Part shown: piece after piece, positions 1 through 9,212 of the stretch
Layout of the letters: each line of letters starts with the position of its first letter
How positions within the stretch are numbered: the stretch's first letter is position 1
Origin: Hyphomicrobium sp.
GTDB taxonomy: Bacteria > Pseudomonadota > Alphaproteobacteria > Rhizobiales > Hyphomicrobiaceae
Reading direction: 5' to 3'
Assembly (NCBI GenBank): GCA_030609245.1
Contig: JAUWCP010000001.1
Location: 1 to 34,803, forward strand
Length of the DNA: 34,803 bases
The notes under the pieces: model-generated
Database searches by the model: none
Seen by the model: the letters and a program-made list of their open reading frames with translations, nothing else
What the model was told of the DNA's origin: nothing
Translations under genes and position numbers: made by a program

Positions 1-1140
1 GCCGGCATCACCCAGCCAGCGTGCACGCGCTGCGGCGACTGCTGCGGGGGCTGCAACGTCGGCGCCAAGAACTCGGTGGCGCTCACCTACCTGCCCGACG
101 CGGCGCGTCACGGTGCAGAGCTGTACACGCACGCGGCCGTGCGCCACGTTTCCAAGGCGGATGACGGGTGCTGGCAGGTGCACGTCCGGCGCATGGACGG
201 CGACGGATCGGCACCGCAGGACATTGTCATGAGCGCACCCGTGGTGGTGCTGGGCGCGGGCACGCTTGGCTCGACCGAGATCCTTTTGCGCTCGCGCGAA
301 CGCGGCCTTGCGCTCTCGGACCGGCTGGGCCAGCGGTTCTCCGCCAACGGCGACATCATTGCTTTCGGCTACGGCGCCAAGATCCCCATCGACGCGATTG
401 GCATCGGCCATCCCCCCAAGATCGAGGGCGTCGAGATTGGCGCAGCCGTCTCGGGCCAGATCGAGATCGACGATGAGAATGAGCTTGCCAACGAGCTGCG
501 CGTGCAGGAAGGCGTGCTGCCATCTGTGCTGGCGCCGGTGCTGCCTGTGCTGTTCATCCCGAATGGCCGCCTGCTCGGTGCGTTGCAAAGCCTGATCAAG
601 GGTGTCTACAAGGGCCCCTTCTCCAAGTTGCAGACGTTCTTCGCGGTCTCGCACGACAGCGCGTCGGGCCGTTTCGTGCTCGACAACGACCGGCTCTCGC
701 TCGTGTGGCCGACCGTCAAGGACGAGCCCGTTTATGCGCGACTCGATGCGATCCTGTCGGCCATCGTGACCGAAACGGGCGGCTCTTACGTTAAGAACCC
801 GCTCGCCGGCACTGTCATGGGGCATCAGCCTGCTACAGCGCATCCATTGGGTGGCGCCGGCATGGGACGCGAGCGCGATGATGGTGTCGTCAATCACAAG
901 GGACAGGTCTTCGACGCAAGCGCTGGCCTCGGTTCGACCGCCGTGCATGAGGGCCTTTATGTCGTCGACGGCGCTGTGATGCCGCGCTCGCTCGGGGTCA
1001 ATCCGCTTTTTACAATTACCGCGCTCGCCGAGCGTGCGCTATTGCATATGGCGCAAGACTATGGGTTGAGTTTTGACGATGCGGCGGTAACGGGTAGCAT
1101 CGCCACGCCCGCAGATCCCAGCGCCTATGTCGCGCCGTGA
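1..1140 (+). CDS. GMC-family oxidoreductase, cholesterol-oxidase-like (5'-truncated by window)
   Basis: Open frame from base 1: CTRCGDCCGGCNVGAKNS, VVLGAGTLGSTEILLRS, C-terminal HPLGG and LYVVDGAVMPRSLGVNPLFTITALAER. Confidence 0.85.
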   Translation, partial: AGITQPACTRCGDCCGGCNVGAKNSVALTYLPDAARHGAELYTHAAVRHVSKADDGCWQVHVRRMDGDGSAPQDIVMSAPVVVLGAGTLGSTEILLRSRERGLALSDRLGQRFSANGDIIAFGYGAKIPIDAIGIGHPPKIEGVEIGAAVSGQIEIDDENELANELRVQEGVLPSVLAPVLPVLFIPNGRLLGALQSLIKGVYKGPFSKLQTFFAVSHDSASGRFVLDNDRLSLVWPTVKDEPVYARLDAILSAIVTETGGSYVKNPLAGTVMGHQPATAHPLGGAGMGRERDDGVVNHKGQVFDASAGLGSTAVHEGLYVVDGAVMPRSLGVNPLFTITALAERALLHMAQDYGLSFDDAAVTGSIATPADPSAYVAP

Positions 1141-1357
1141 CAACGACGCGACTTTGCAGCGCAATATTGCCGGCACGGATTCGGCGTGGAGCCCGCAGGC
1201 GGACCCCGGATGCCAAAATTTGTGTCCCAATTGCAAGGCCATTTGGTCCTGATGACTGCCGCATTTGTTTGTTTGCTGACAACCAGGGTCCATATGCGGC
1301 ATATTTTGCAGACATGAGTGGGACAATACCCGCGGAGGGGCGGACATCTTGAAGAGA

Positions 1358-2338
1358 ATGGCTAAAGTCCTGTTGGTCTGCGCTCTCGCCTGGACCATGT
1401 GCCCGCCGGCGGCCATCGCCGGCCCGACGCTGGTTTTCAACATGGAGGACGGCCACGTCCTCTATGCCGATGATCCCGACGTTCCCTGGTATCCCGCCTC
1501 CCTTACCAAAATGATGACGGCCTACCTTGCGTTCGAGGCCGTGCGCGATGGGCAGGCATTGATGGGAACCAGAGTCATCATCTCGCGAGCGGCGCGAAGA
1601 CAGCCGCCCACGAAATTGGGTCTGGCCGTCGGCAAGCACATCACGCTTAGCGAAGCTCTGCGCGCCATAATCATCAAGTCGGCCAACGACGTTTCCGTGG
1701 CGATCGCGGAAACACTGAGCGGCAACGAGCAAGCGTTCATCAAACAGATGAACCAAAAGGCGGCCGAGCTCGGCATGATGAACACTCACTTCGTCAATCC
1801 GCACGGGTTGCCCGCAACACAACAAGTAACGACTGCGCGCGACATGGCCCTGCTTGCCCAAGCGTTGCTGCGCGACTTTCCCGAGCACGCGCCGCTGTTT
1901 GCCCAAGTCGAAGCAAAGGTCGGCAAGAGGGTATTGCACACGCACAACGCCATCATCGTCACCTATCCTGGCGGCGACGGCATCAAAACAGGTTACACCT
2001 GCGCGTCCGGCTATAACCTTGTCGCCAGCGCAACACGCAACGGAAACAAGATCGTCGCCGTCCTACTGGGGGAGAAGTCCGGCGCGGCGCGCACGGTGAG
2101 AGCTACGGCGCTCTTGGAGCATGGGTTCAAATATTTGGACTGGAAGGCTCTGTATCCGACACCACGCCTCGAAAACCTCCCGAGCAATGGGCTGAGCCGC
2201 GGCATTGAACCCAGTGAGGCGATGCTCACCCGCTATCGCGACTGCAAGGCGCCGCCCCCTCCGCCAAAGACCGCCAAGACAAAGAAGAAGAAGAGCAAAA
2301 ATAGGCAGTACAGCAAAAGGCGCAGCCGCAAAAACTAG
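1358..2338 (+). CDS. D-alanyl-D-alanine carboxypeptidase (peptidase S11)
   Basis: Signal peptide; SxxK (PASLTK), SxN (SAN), NPHGL and KTG motifs; ATG at 1358 chosen. Confidence 0.92.
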   Translation: MAKVLLVCALAWTMCPPAAIAGPTLVFNMEDGHVLYADDPDVPWYPASLTKMMTAYLAFEAVRDGQALMGTRVIISRAARRQPPTKLGLAVGKHITLSEALRAIIIKSANDVSVAIAETLSGNEQAFIKQMNQKAAELGMMNTHFVNPHGLPATQQVTTARDMALLAQALLRDFPEHAPLFAQVEAKVGKRVLHTHNAIIVTYPGGDGIKTGYTCASGYNLVASATRNGNKIVAVLLGEKSGAARTVRATALLEHGFKYLDWKALYPTPRLENLPSNGLSRGIEPSEAMLTRYRDCKAPPPPPKTAKTKKKKSKNRQYSKRRSRKN

Positions 2339-3297
2339 CGGCGCGGCTTAGAATTGGCCGCTACTTTTCTTTCGATCACGTCCCAGATAAGCGCAGCGAT
2401 GTCGGGCCCGCCGAAATCCATCACTTGGCGAATGCCCGTCGGCGAGGTGACATTGACCTCGGTAAGGTAAGGCCCGATGACGTCGATGCCGGCAAACAGT
2501 AGGCCGCGCTTCTTGAGTTCCGGCCCGAGCCGGGCGCAGATCTCCTGATCACGCGACGTAAGCGTTGTGGGCCTTGCGATGCCGCCCACATGCAGATTGG
2601 AGCGCGTCTCGCCGGCAGGTGGCAGCCGGTTGATGGCGCCTGCCACCTCGCCGTCGATAAGGATGATGCGCTTATCGCCGTCTTTGATCTCGGGGCGGTA
2701 CTGCTGCACCATGAACGGCTCGCGGAAGACCGTCTGGAACAGCTCCACAAGTGAGGCGACGTTCGTGTCGTCGGGCCCGATGCGGAAGATGGCAGCGCCA
2801 CCATTGCCATAAAGCGGCTTGAGGATGACGTCCTTGTATTCGGCCCGGAACTCTTGCACGTCGTCGAGCGAGCGCGTGATGATGGTCGGCGGCATCAGGT
2901 CGAGAAAATCGAGGACAAAGACCTTCTCCGGCGCGTTGCGCACATGGGCGGGATCGTTGACGACAAGCGTCTCAGGATGGATGCGCTCCAGTAGATGCGT
3001 CGTCGTGACGTAGCTCATGTCGAAGGGCGGATCCTGACGTAGCAGCACGACATCGCGCGTTGAAAGGTCTTCAACGCGAGGATCCGAAAGGTTGTAGTGG
3101 TCGCCTTCCTTATCCTCGACGTTCAGCGTCGCACCACGTGCAAGTAGGCGATGCCCGTGCAAAGCGAGATCCTTCGGCAAGTAATAGAACATGTCGTGCC
3201 CGCGGCGGCGCGCCTCGAGCAGGATCGCGAACGTGGAATCGCCGCGGATGTCGATCCGCTCGATAGGGTCCATCTGGCAGGCAACGCGAAGGGTCAT
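2335..3297 (-). CDS. gshB: Glutathione synthetase
   Basis: MTLRVACQMDP start, LLRQDPPFDM, KPLYGNGG, RSNLHVGG, EVNVTSPTG. Confidence 0.97.
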   Translation of the reverse strand: MTLRVACQMDPIERIDIRGDSTFAILLEARRRGHDMFYYLPKDLALHGHRLLARGATLNVEDKEGDHYNLSDPRVEDLSTRDVVLLRQDPPFDMSYVTTTHLLERIHPETLVVNDPAHVRNAPEKVFVLDFLDLMPPTIITRSLDDVQEFRAEYKDVILKPLYGNGGAAIFRIGPDDTNVASLVELFQTVFREPFMVQQYRPEIKDGDKRIILIDGEVAGAINRLPPAGETRSNLHVGGIARPTTLTSRDQEICARLGPELKKRGLLFAGIDVIGPYLTEVNVTSPTGIRQVMDFGGPDIAALIWDVIERKVAANSKPRR

Positions 3298-3366
3298 TTG
3301 TGAGGACGTGCCCCGAAACGGCGGGAATCGCAAGACCGCAGTGGTTGATAGGTCAAGCCGCGCCCG

Positions 3367-3762
3367 TCACAGCCCATTCGCAATGTGGCGCGGCCACTGA
3401 CGCGGCACCAGGAACACAACGTCAAATCCGAATTCGTGCTCGTGAAAGCGCGGGTGGCGGGCAAGCCACAGATTGGCAGCGCGGCGAACGCGGCTTGCTT
3501 GCTTTTTCGTGATGGCAGCTTCGGCGTCTTCGCGTGTCCGCCGCCGCTTCACCTCGACGAAGGCAAGGCGCTTGGCCCGCACTGCGATGATGTCGATCTC
3601 GCCGGCGGGCGTCTTCACGCGGCGGCCAACGATTCTGTAGCCTTTTGCCATCAGGACACCAGCCGCAATGGCCTCCGAAACGCGGCCACGGCGCAAACGT
3701 GCCCGGCGCTCCGCGACGGCCGGCCCGGCCACACTCTGGCGAAAGCGGTTGAAAGCCATCAT
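3367..3762 (-). CDS. yraN: YraN family (UPF0102) endonuclease-fold protein
   Basis: GEIDIIA..LAFVEVKRR and FDVV motifs; usual position after rsmI. Confidence 0.9.
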   Translation of the reverse strand: MMAFNRFRQSVAGPAVAERRARLRRGRVSEAIAAGVLMAKGYRIVGRRVKTPAGEIDIIAVRAKRLAFVEVKRRRTREDAEAAITKKQASRVRRAANLWLARHPRFHEHEFGFDVVFLVPRQWPRHIANGL

Positions 3763-4667
3763 GTGTCACCGCGCGTCAGGCGCAGTCCCACATCATAGAC
3801 GCGGGTCCTGGGCACACCCAGCGCCTCCGCGATCGCTTTGGAGGCGTCACGCAGGCTCGTATCGGCAAGTGCGGTTTGAAGTTGCGCGGTGATGTCCGCA
3901 TCGGTGATCTCTTCCTTCTGCGGCGGCCCGACGACGATGACCACCTCGCCCTTGATCGTCGCACCACTCATAGAAGCGGCCAAGTCGTCGAGCGGTGCGC
4001 GGCGAACCTCCTCGTGCAGCTTTGTGAGCTCACGCGCGATCGCTGCGGGACGGGCACCGAGCCCGGCCACCAGATCAACCAGCGTCTCGGCCACGCGCGA
4101 AGGTGCCTCGAAGAAGACAAGCGTTGAGGGAATGTCTTTTAGCTCGGCGATGCGTGTGCGCCGCGCGGCAGCCTTGGTGGGTAGGAAGCCAGCGAAAAAG
4201 AACGCGTCGGTTGGCAACCCGGCTACCGAGAGCGCAGCCAATACGGCCGACGCGCCCGGCAGACACTCGACACGGTGCCCGGCATCAAGCGCCGCCCGCA
4301 CGAGCTTCAGCCCCGGGTCGGAGACAAGCGGCGTCCCTGCGTCCGAGATGAGCGCAACGCGACGGCCGCCTTGCAAGTCGGCTAGTATGCGTGGGCGCTC
4401 GCGCGCAGCGTTGTGCTCATGGTAGGGCCGCGTCGGTGTGCCGACGCCGTAGTGCGCCAGAAGGGTCCGGCTATGCCGCGTGTCCTCGCACAAAACCAAA
4501 TCGGCGCGGGCAAGGACTGATAGAGCGCGCAACGTGACGTCGCCCAGGCTACCAATCGGTGTCGCGACGAGATAGAGCCCGGGCGCAAGGTCCTCGTCGA
4601 GATGCCGCTGCATCTCAGCCAAGGCTCGGGCGGCGGTCCCGCCGGGCACACGTTCGCGGCTGCTCAT
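3759..4667 (-). CDS. rsmI: 16S rRNA C1402 2'-O-methyltransferase
   Basis: LYLVATPIG, CEDTR, ISDAGTPLVSDPG, ARELTKLHEE; ATG at 4667 chosen. Confidence 0.96.
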   Translation of the reverse strand: MSSRERVPGGTAARALAEMQRHLDEDLAPGLYLVATPIGSLGDVTLRALSVLARADLVLCEDTRHSRTLLAHYGVGTPTRPYHEHNAARERPRILADLQGGRRVALISDAGTPLVSDPGLKLVRAALDAGHRVECLPGASAVLAALSVAGLPTDAFFFAGFLPTKAAARRTRIAELKDIPSTLVFFEAPSRVAETLVDLVAGLGARPAAIARELTKLHEEVRRAPLDDLAASMSGATIKGEVVIVVGPPQKEEITDADITAQLQTALADTSLRDASKAIAEALGVPRTRVYDVGLRLTRGDT

Positions 4668-4861
4668 TGCTTGCTCATCCGTCCAATGCCGCAACGTTTT
4701 CGACGATCCGAGCGCCGAAAAACCGTGAGAGTGGCGCGGGGACACTTTCGCCACGGCGATCAAGTGTCTAACCAAATGTTATCGATTCGTTACACTGTCC
4801 CTGCTGCGGAGACCATCAGGTCTAAGCAGCTTAGGGCGCGGGGCGGGGGGAGCGCCACCTG

Positions 4862-6097
4862 ATGCGCATCAGGTTAGGAGCGGCAAGGGGCAGCACGCGG
4901 GCTTGGCGTGCCAGCGCAGCGGCCGTTTCCGTTGCACTCCTGGCCGCCTGCTCCACGGGCGGCGGCCCAATCGGTGCCCCGACAGCTGCGATCGTGCCGC
5001 CTCTCGACGCGGCTGCTTCTAAGAACCGGCCTCCCGTGAAGATTGCGCTCCTGCTGCCAATGGGCGGCATGAGCGAGACCGCGGCCATTGCCAAGAACAT
5101 GAAGCGGGCAGCAGAGCTGGCGCTGTTCGAGCGCAACGACCCCTCCATACAGCTCGTAACGAAGGACGACGGTGGTACGGCTGCCGGCGCGCGCGCCGCG
5201 GCTGACGCGGCTGTTCGAGACGGCGCGGAGATCATCCTCGGGCCACTCTTGGCGAAATCCGTGATCGGCGTAACGCCGGTTGCGCGTCAAGCACGCGTGC
5301 CTGTGCTTGCTTTCTCCAACGATACGCAGGTCGCCGGAAACGGTGTCTATCTCATGAGCGTCCTGCCCGAGCAGGAGGTCCGCCGCATCATCGCTTACGC
5401 TGCCTCACGAGGAAAGAGGAGGTTTGCGGCACTTATTCCCGACACGGCCTACGGCAGAGTCGTAGAGTCGGCGTTCCACCGCGCGGTCGAGCGCGCCGGC
5501 GGTTCGGTTGCCATAGTCGAAAAGTATCCGCCTGGCGCCAATGGCATGCTCAGGCCGACCAAACGCGTGGTCGAGGCGATCAGGACCAACGCTGCGGCAA
5601 GCACACCAGTCGATGCCCTGTTCCTACCGGGTGGCCAAGAAGTGCTGCCGCAGATCGGTCCAGTCGTCGCTTACTCGGGCCTTGATACCACGCGCGTGCA
5701 ACTGTTGGGCACGGGTGCATGGGACTTCCCGTCAATCGGCCGCGACAGCGCATTCGTTGGCGGCTGGTACGCGAGCCCTGATCCTGTCGCATGGCGCTCT
5801 TTCGCGGAGCGCTTCGCCACGACGTTTGGCAGCACGCCGCCGCGCATCGCAAGCGTCGCCTATGACGCCATGAGCCTTGCCATCAGTCTGTCGTCGAATC
5901 CGCCGGGCACCCGCTTCACACCTGGCAACCTGACACGTAAGAACGGCTTTGCCGGCGTGGATGGGATCGTGCGCCTTGAGCCGAGCGGGCTCAGCCAGCG
6001 CGCACTCGCAGTGCTCGAGGTGCAAACATTCGGCGCCATCGTCATCGACCCGGCCCCGCACTCGTTCTACGGCACACAGCTCTCATCCGCCCAGTAG
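4862..6097 (+). CDS. Penicillin-binding-protein activator (LpoA/LppC-like) periplasmic-binding-fold lipoprotein
   Basis: Lipobox LLAAC; KIALLLP, IILGPL, FAGVDG motifs; divergent from rsmI as in many proteobacteria. Confidence 0.85.
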   Translation: MRIRLGAARGSTRAWRASAAAVSVALLAACSTGGGPIGAPTAAIVPPLDAAASKNRPPVKIALLLPMGGMSETAAIAKNMKRAAELALFERNDPSIQLVTKDDGGTAAGARAAADAAVRDGAEIILGPLLAKSVIGVTPVARQARVPVLAFSNDTQVAGNGVYLMSVLPEQEVRRIIAYAASRGKRRFAALIPDTAYGRVVESAFHRAVERAGGSVAIVEKYPPGANGMLRPTKRVVEAIRTNAAASTPVDALFLPGGQEVLPQIGPVVAYSGLDTTRVQLLGTGAWDFPSIGRDSAFVGGWYASPDPVAWRSFAERFATTFGSTPPRIASVAYDAMSLAISLSSNPPGTRFTPGNLTRKNGFAGVDGIVRLEPSGLSQRALAVLEVQTFGAIVIDPAPHSFYGTQLSSAQ

Positions 6098-6106
6098 GTG
6101 ATGTGC

Positions 6107-6258
6107 TAGAGCAAGATCGTTCTTGATGGAATCGCTCACCAAGCCCGGGCGGTCTCCGACAAGAACGTGAATCTTGCTCTAAATCAAAAGTGTAGAGACT
6201 GATTCACGTTTCACTTGGACGCGACTCAAGCGTTTCCAAGTGAAACGATCAGGCTCTA
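6107..6258. repeat. CIR/RIME/BRU-RS-type intergenic double-hairpin element
   Basis: Two related inverted repeats (6107-6181 and 6193-6258) with TAGAG..CTCTA ends, four GANTC sites and a central IHF-like AATCAAAAGTGTA; lies between convergent genes. Confidence 0.8.
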
Positions 6259-6263
6259 TGGCC

Positions 6264-6761
6264 TTAGGCAGCGAGCGCGCCGTCGTCATCTGCAGCGACA
6301 CGATCAGGCTCTGCTTGGAGCGATTTAGAGACCGCGAGAGGCGTCGTTTGCGGTACTGTCTCAGCGGCTAACGCCGGGATCGCGGTTGCGAGCCCGGACA
6401 ACAGTTGCTGGAGCGCATAGTCCGCTGCGTTCAGTTGCCGCGCCGCGGCCCTCTGGCACCCGCGCACACGACCAAAGTCGGCCACGGCGTCTTCGATCAC
6501 CTCGGCCGTGCACGCCAACTGGTCCGCGCGCGAAAGAAGCGCGCATTCCTGATAGACCGGCCTCTCAGCCGGACTTTCGACGGTCGCGTGATCCAGGATT
6601 GAGTTGTAGTTGGCTATGACTTTGTTTTCCCAGAGATTTAAAATCTCTTTCTTCAGGAATATCCTAAGTTTCTCAGAGAGGCTTATTGGATTAGAACTGC
6701 GCCAATCAACAATGTAAGCCTCATTGCGCAAGTCATTTCTCGCTTTGATGCTGTAGTCCAT
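6264..6761 (-). CDS. Hypothetical protein (true start uncertain)
   Basis: 3' half has host-like composition and a helical protein-like sequence (AAARQLNAADYALQQLL); 5' part is AT-rich and may be untranslated. Confidence 0.55.
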   Translation of the reverse strand: MDYSIKARNDLRNEAYIVDWRSSNPISLSEKLRIFLKKEILNLWENKVIANYNSILDHATVESPAERPVYQECALLSRADQLACTAEVIEDAVADFGRVRGCQRAAARQLNAADYALQQLLSGLATAIPALAAETVPQTTPLAVSKSLQAEPDRVAADDDGALAA

Positions 6762-6947
6762 GAAATTGCGCCCTAGCCTCGTAAACTAATAAGCAGCCCT
6801 TGCTTCATTCGAGCAGCAAGACGTGAGGTGGAGGCCAATCATGCCGCCACTACTACGTAACTTTTCCAGACAATTATTAACGAAGTGCTTACCATGACGT
6901 ACACGCCATGGTTCAAGCGGAGCATTAAGTGTCCGAGGGTCGGGAGT

Positions 6948-8258
6948 TCAGCGCGCGCTCAAGACTGTGGCCGTCTCTTGCTCGGGGCGGGCCCCAAGCG
7001 GCAATGTGCGCGGGGCAGAGGCCTCTTGCTCTTGTGCAGGGCCTGAATAGCGATAGTGACCGGTAACTTCATTAAAGAACAGCGCGTCTTCAATCTGTGG
7101 CCCCCAGCCTCGATTGTGCACAATCATCGGACGCCCTGAGGCCGCGATAACGTTGGACACAATAGCGATGTGCAATTGCGAGCCTCGCCCTAGCGGCTGG
7201 TGGTAGGTAACGATGTCGCCGGGCTGATAGTCCTCCGGAAACTCGGTAACCGGAATCGAAACGCCATGCCGGGCGAAGAAACGGCGCAGCGTCTTGGTGC
7301 GGCGATGGTCGATGCTCGGATCGCCCGTGCCAAGCCGCGCCTTGTGCACAAGCACCTGTAGGTCAATGCCAAGCGCTCGGTAGGCGCGAATGACAACGTC
7401 GGTGCACACGCCGTACATGGGCGGCACATCGCCCAACGGGAAGCTTATTGTCTGGTACTTGTCCGTGTAAATTACGAGGTCCCGCGTCTGCGCGCGCGCA
7501 GCGCGTGCCAGCTTGCGCCCGAATTCCGCGGAATCAACGAAGGCAACCGGCTTTAGCGGCGGCTTCGCGGCAGTCGTCCAAGGCGCCTTGCATCTGCTGA
7601 GCATGGCCAGGCTTGCAGCTCGCGCGGCGACCTCCGCCGGCAAGGACGCTTCTAGTGTTGCGGGCGGTGAGGACGCTTCAAGTCGCACGAAAGACGGGGA
7701 GGCTTCGAGCGGTAGAGGAGCCGGTGACGCATCGAGCGCTGCAGGCGGCACGGATGCTTCGACCGCTGCGCGCGGCCTAACCGCCGTTGCAGCATGGCGC
7801 GTTGGGGAAGGCGTGAGCACTGCGACCGAGCCAACGGAAGCAAGCGCCAACTCTGACGGCGAAACCCCGCGAAGGAACGCCGGCGGGCCAACAGCATGCG
7901 CAACCTGCAACACGGCGGTGCCCGTTTGCATCAATGCTTGGCTCATGCCGACGGCGATCGTCATGACCACGAAAGGAGTCAGAAGGAGAAGCAGCGCCTG
8001 GCGCTCATCGGCCGAATAGACCTCGGCAACTCGTGGCGCGCGAGTGCGCACCGATGGCGCCCGGCGTGGGCGAGAGCGCTTGGGCGCCCGCGCTGCAGCT
8101 GCCCGAGGCTTGCGGGCACGGGGCATGCGCGCAGCCTTAGACTGCGACGGTGCGCGCGACTTCGCGGTCCCCCGAGCGGCTTTTCGCTTCGGTTTGGAGG
8201 GCTTCTCCACGCGTAACTCGCCCTGATACTCCTGCTCCATACTCCGTATAGACTGCAT
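6948..8258 (-). CDS. DUF1287 (YijF-like) protein with basic N-terminus, TM segment and repeat linker
   Basis: C-terminal GVCTDVVIRAYR, IDHRR, YQPGDIV, HIAIVS, IVHN motifs. Confidence 0.8.
   Translation of the reverse strand: MQSIRSMEQEYQGELRVEKPSKPKRKAARGTAKSRAPSQSKAARMPRARKPRAAAARAPKRSRPRRAPSVRTRAPRVAEVYSADERQALLLLLTPFVVMTIAVGMSQALMQTGTAVLQVAHAVGPPAFLRGVSPSELALASVGSVAVLTPSPTRHAATAVRPRAAVEASVPPAALDASPAPLPLEASPSFVRLEASSPPATLEASLPAEVAARAASLAMLSRCKAPWTTAAKPPLKPVAFVDSAEFGRKLARAARAQTRDLVIYTDKYQTISFPLGDVPPMYGVCTDVVIRAYRALGIDLQVLVHKARLGTGDPSIDHRRTKTLRRFFARHGVSIPVTEFPEDYQPGDIVTYHQPLGRGSQLHIAIVSNVIAASGRPMIVHNRGWGPQIEDALFFNEVTGHYRYSGPAQEQEASAPRTLPLGARPEQETATVLSAR
7630..7765 (-). repeat. Five degenerate 27-bp (9-aa) tandem units in the DUF1287 linker
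   Basis: GGACGCTTC-like units start at 7644, 7671, 7698, 7725 and 7752; peptide VEAS/LDAS/LEAS/LEAS/LEAS. Confidence 0.8.
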
Positions 8259-8320
8259 TTGGCGCGACCAGGAGCTTAAAAGACGCCGCCCATATCGACG
8301 TAAACCAGCGGTACTTGGCG

Positions 8321-9190
8321 TTAACCTAAACCAACGAGCCGGCGGACATCGCGCGCTGGGACACCACGGGCTCTGAGATTGGTTAACCCAGCGTCCCCAG
8401 CGCTTTTTGCGAGTTTGCGGCCTTCGTCATCGGTGAGCAGGCGATGGTGGTGGTAGAGCGGCTCTTGCAACCCAAACAGAACCTGTAAGAGGCGGTGCAG
8501 GCCGGTGGCGTCGAATAGGTCGCGGCCCCGTGTGACGTGGGTGACCCCCTGGCGCGCATCATCGATCACCACAGCGAGGTGATAGCTGGCTGGCACATCC
8601 TTTCGCAGGATCACCGCGTCCCCCCATCGCTCGGGCCGCGCCTCAATTGTCGACGGGCGCCCGTCCTCATCAAGCTCCGTAAAGGTGAGCGGCTGGTCGT
8701 CCAGCTGATGCTTGGCTGCGTTCAGTGCGCGTTCCATGTCGAGACGCAAAGCGAACGCTTGGCCTTCACAGATACGCTCTTCGATTTCGGTCTTCGAAAG
8801 CGACTTGTGCAAGCCTGGGTAAAGCGGGGCGCCGTCGGGATCGAGAGCACCCTTCTCCGCCGCCTCAAAGATCTCCGACCGCGACGCAAAGCAGGGGTAC
8901 AACAGGCCCTGGCCCTCAAGCCAATGCGCGGCCTCACTATAGACGTCGAAGTGCTGCGATTGGCGTAGCAGAGGCCCGTCCCATGTGACCCCGAGCCATG
9001 CCAAATCCTCCAAGATCCCCGTAACGTGTTCCTCCCGGCAACGCGCAACGTCGATGTCCTCGATACGCAGCAGCAGTTTTCCGCCCAACCGCTCTGCCAT
9101 GTCGGAACAGACAAGGGCGGAGAGCGCATGGCCGAGGTGAAGCGGCCCGTTGGGGCTCGGGGCAAATCGAAGAACCGGTGATGGCGTCAT
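8321..9190 (-). CDS. gluQ: tRNA glutamyl-Q(34) synthetase
   Basis: RFAPSPNGPLHLGH, LRIEDID, YHLAVVIDD, RGRDL, KLAKS; no anticodon-binding domain. Confidence 0.93.
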   Translation of the reverse strand: MTPSPVLRFAPSPNGPLHLGHALSALVCSDMAERLGGKLLLRIEDIDVARCREEHVTGILEDLAWLGVTWDGPLLRQSQHFDVYSEAAHWLEGQGLLYPCFASRSEIFEAAEKGALDPDGAPLYPGLHKSLSKTEIEERICEGQAFALRLDMERALNAAKHQLDDQPLTFTELDEDGRPSTIEARPERWGDAVILRKDVPASYHLAVVIDDARQGVTHVTRGRDLFDATGLHRLLQVLFGLQEPLYHHHRLLTDDEGRKLAKSAGDAGLTNLRARGVPARDVRRLVGLG

Positions 9191-9212
9191 GAGTGGGAGG
9201 ATGTGCCCCAGC

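Noticed and set aside
6877-6892. CtrA box
   Set aside because: TTAA-N8-TTAC has the wrong spacing; the consensus is N7.
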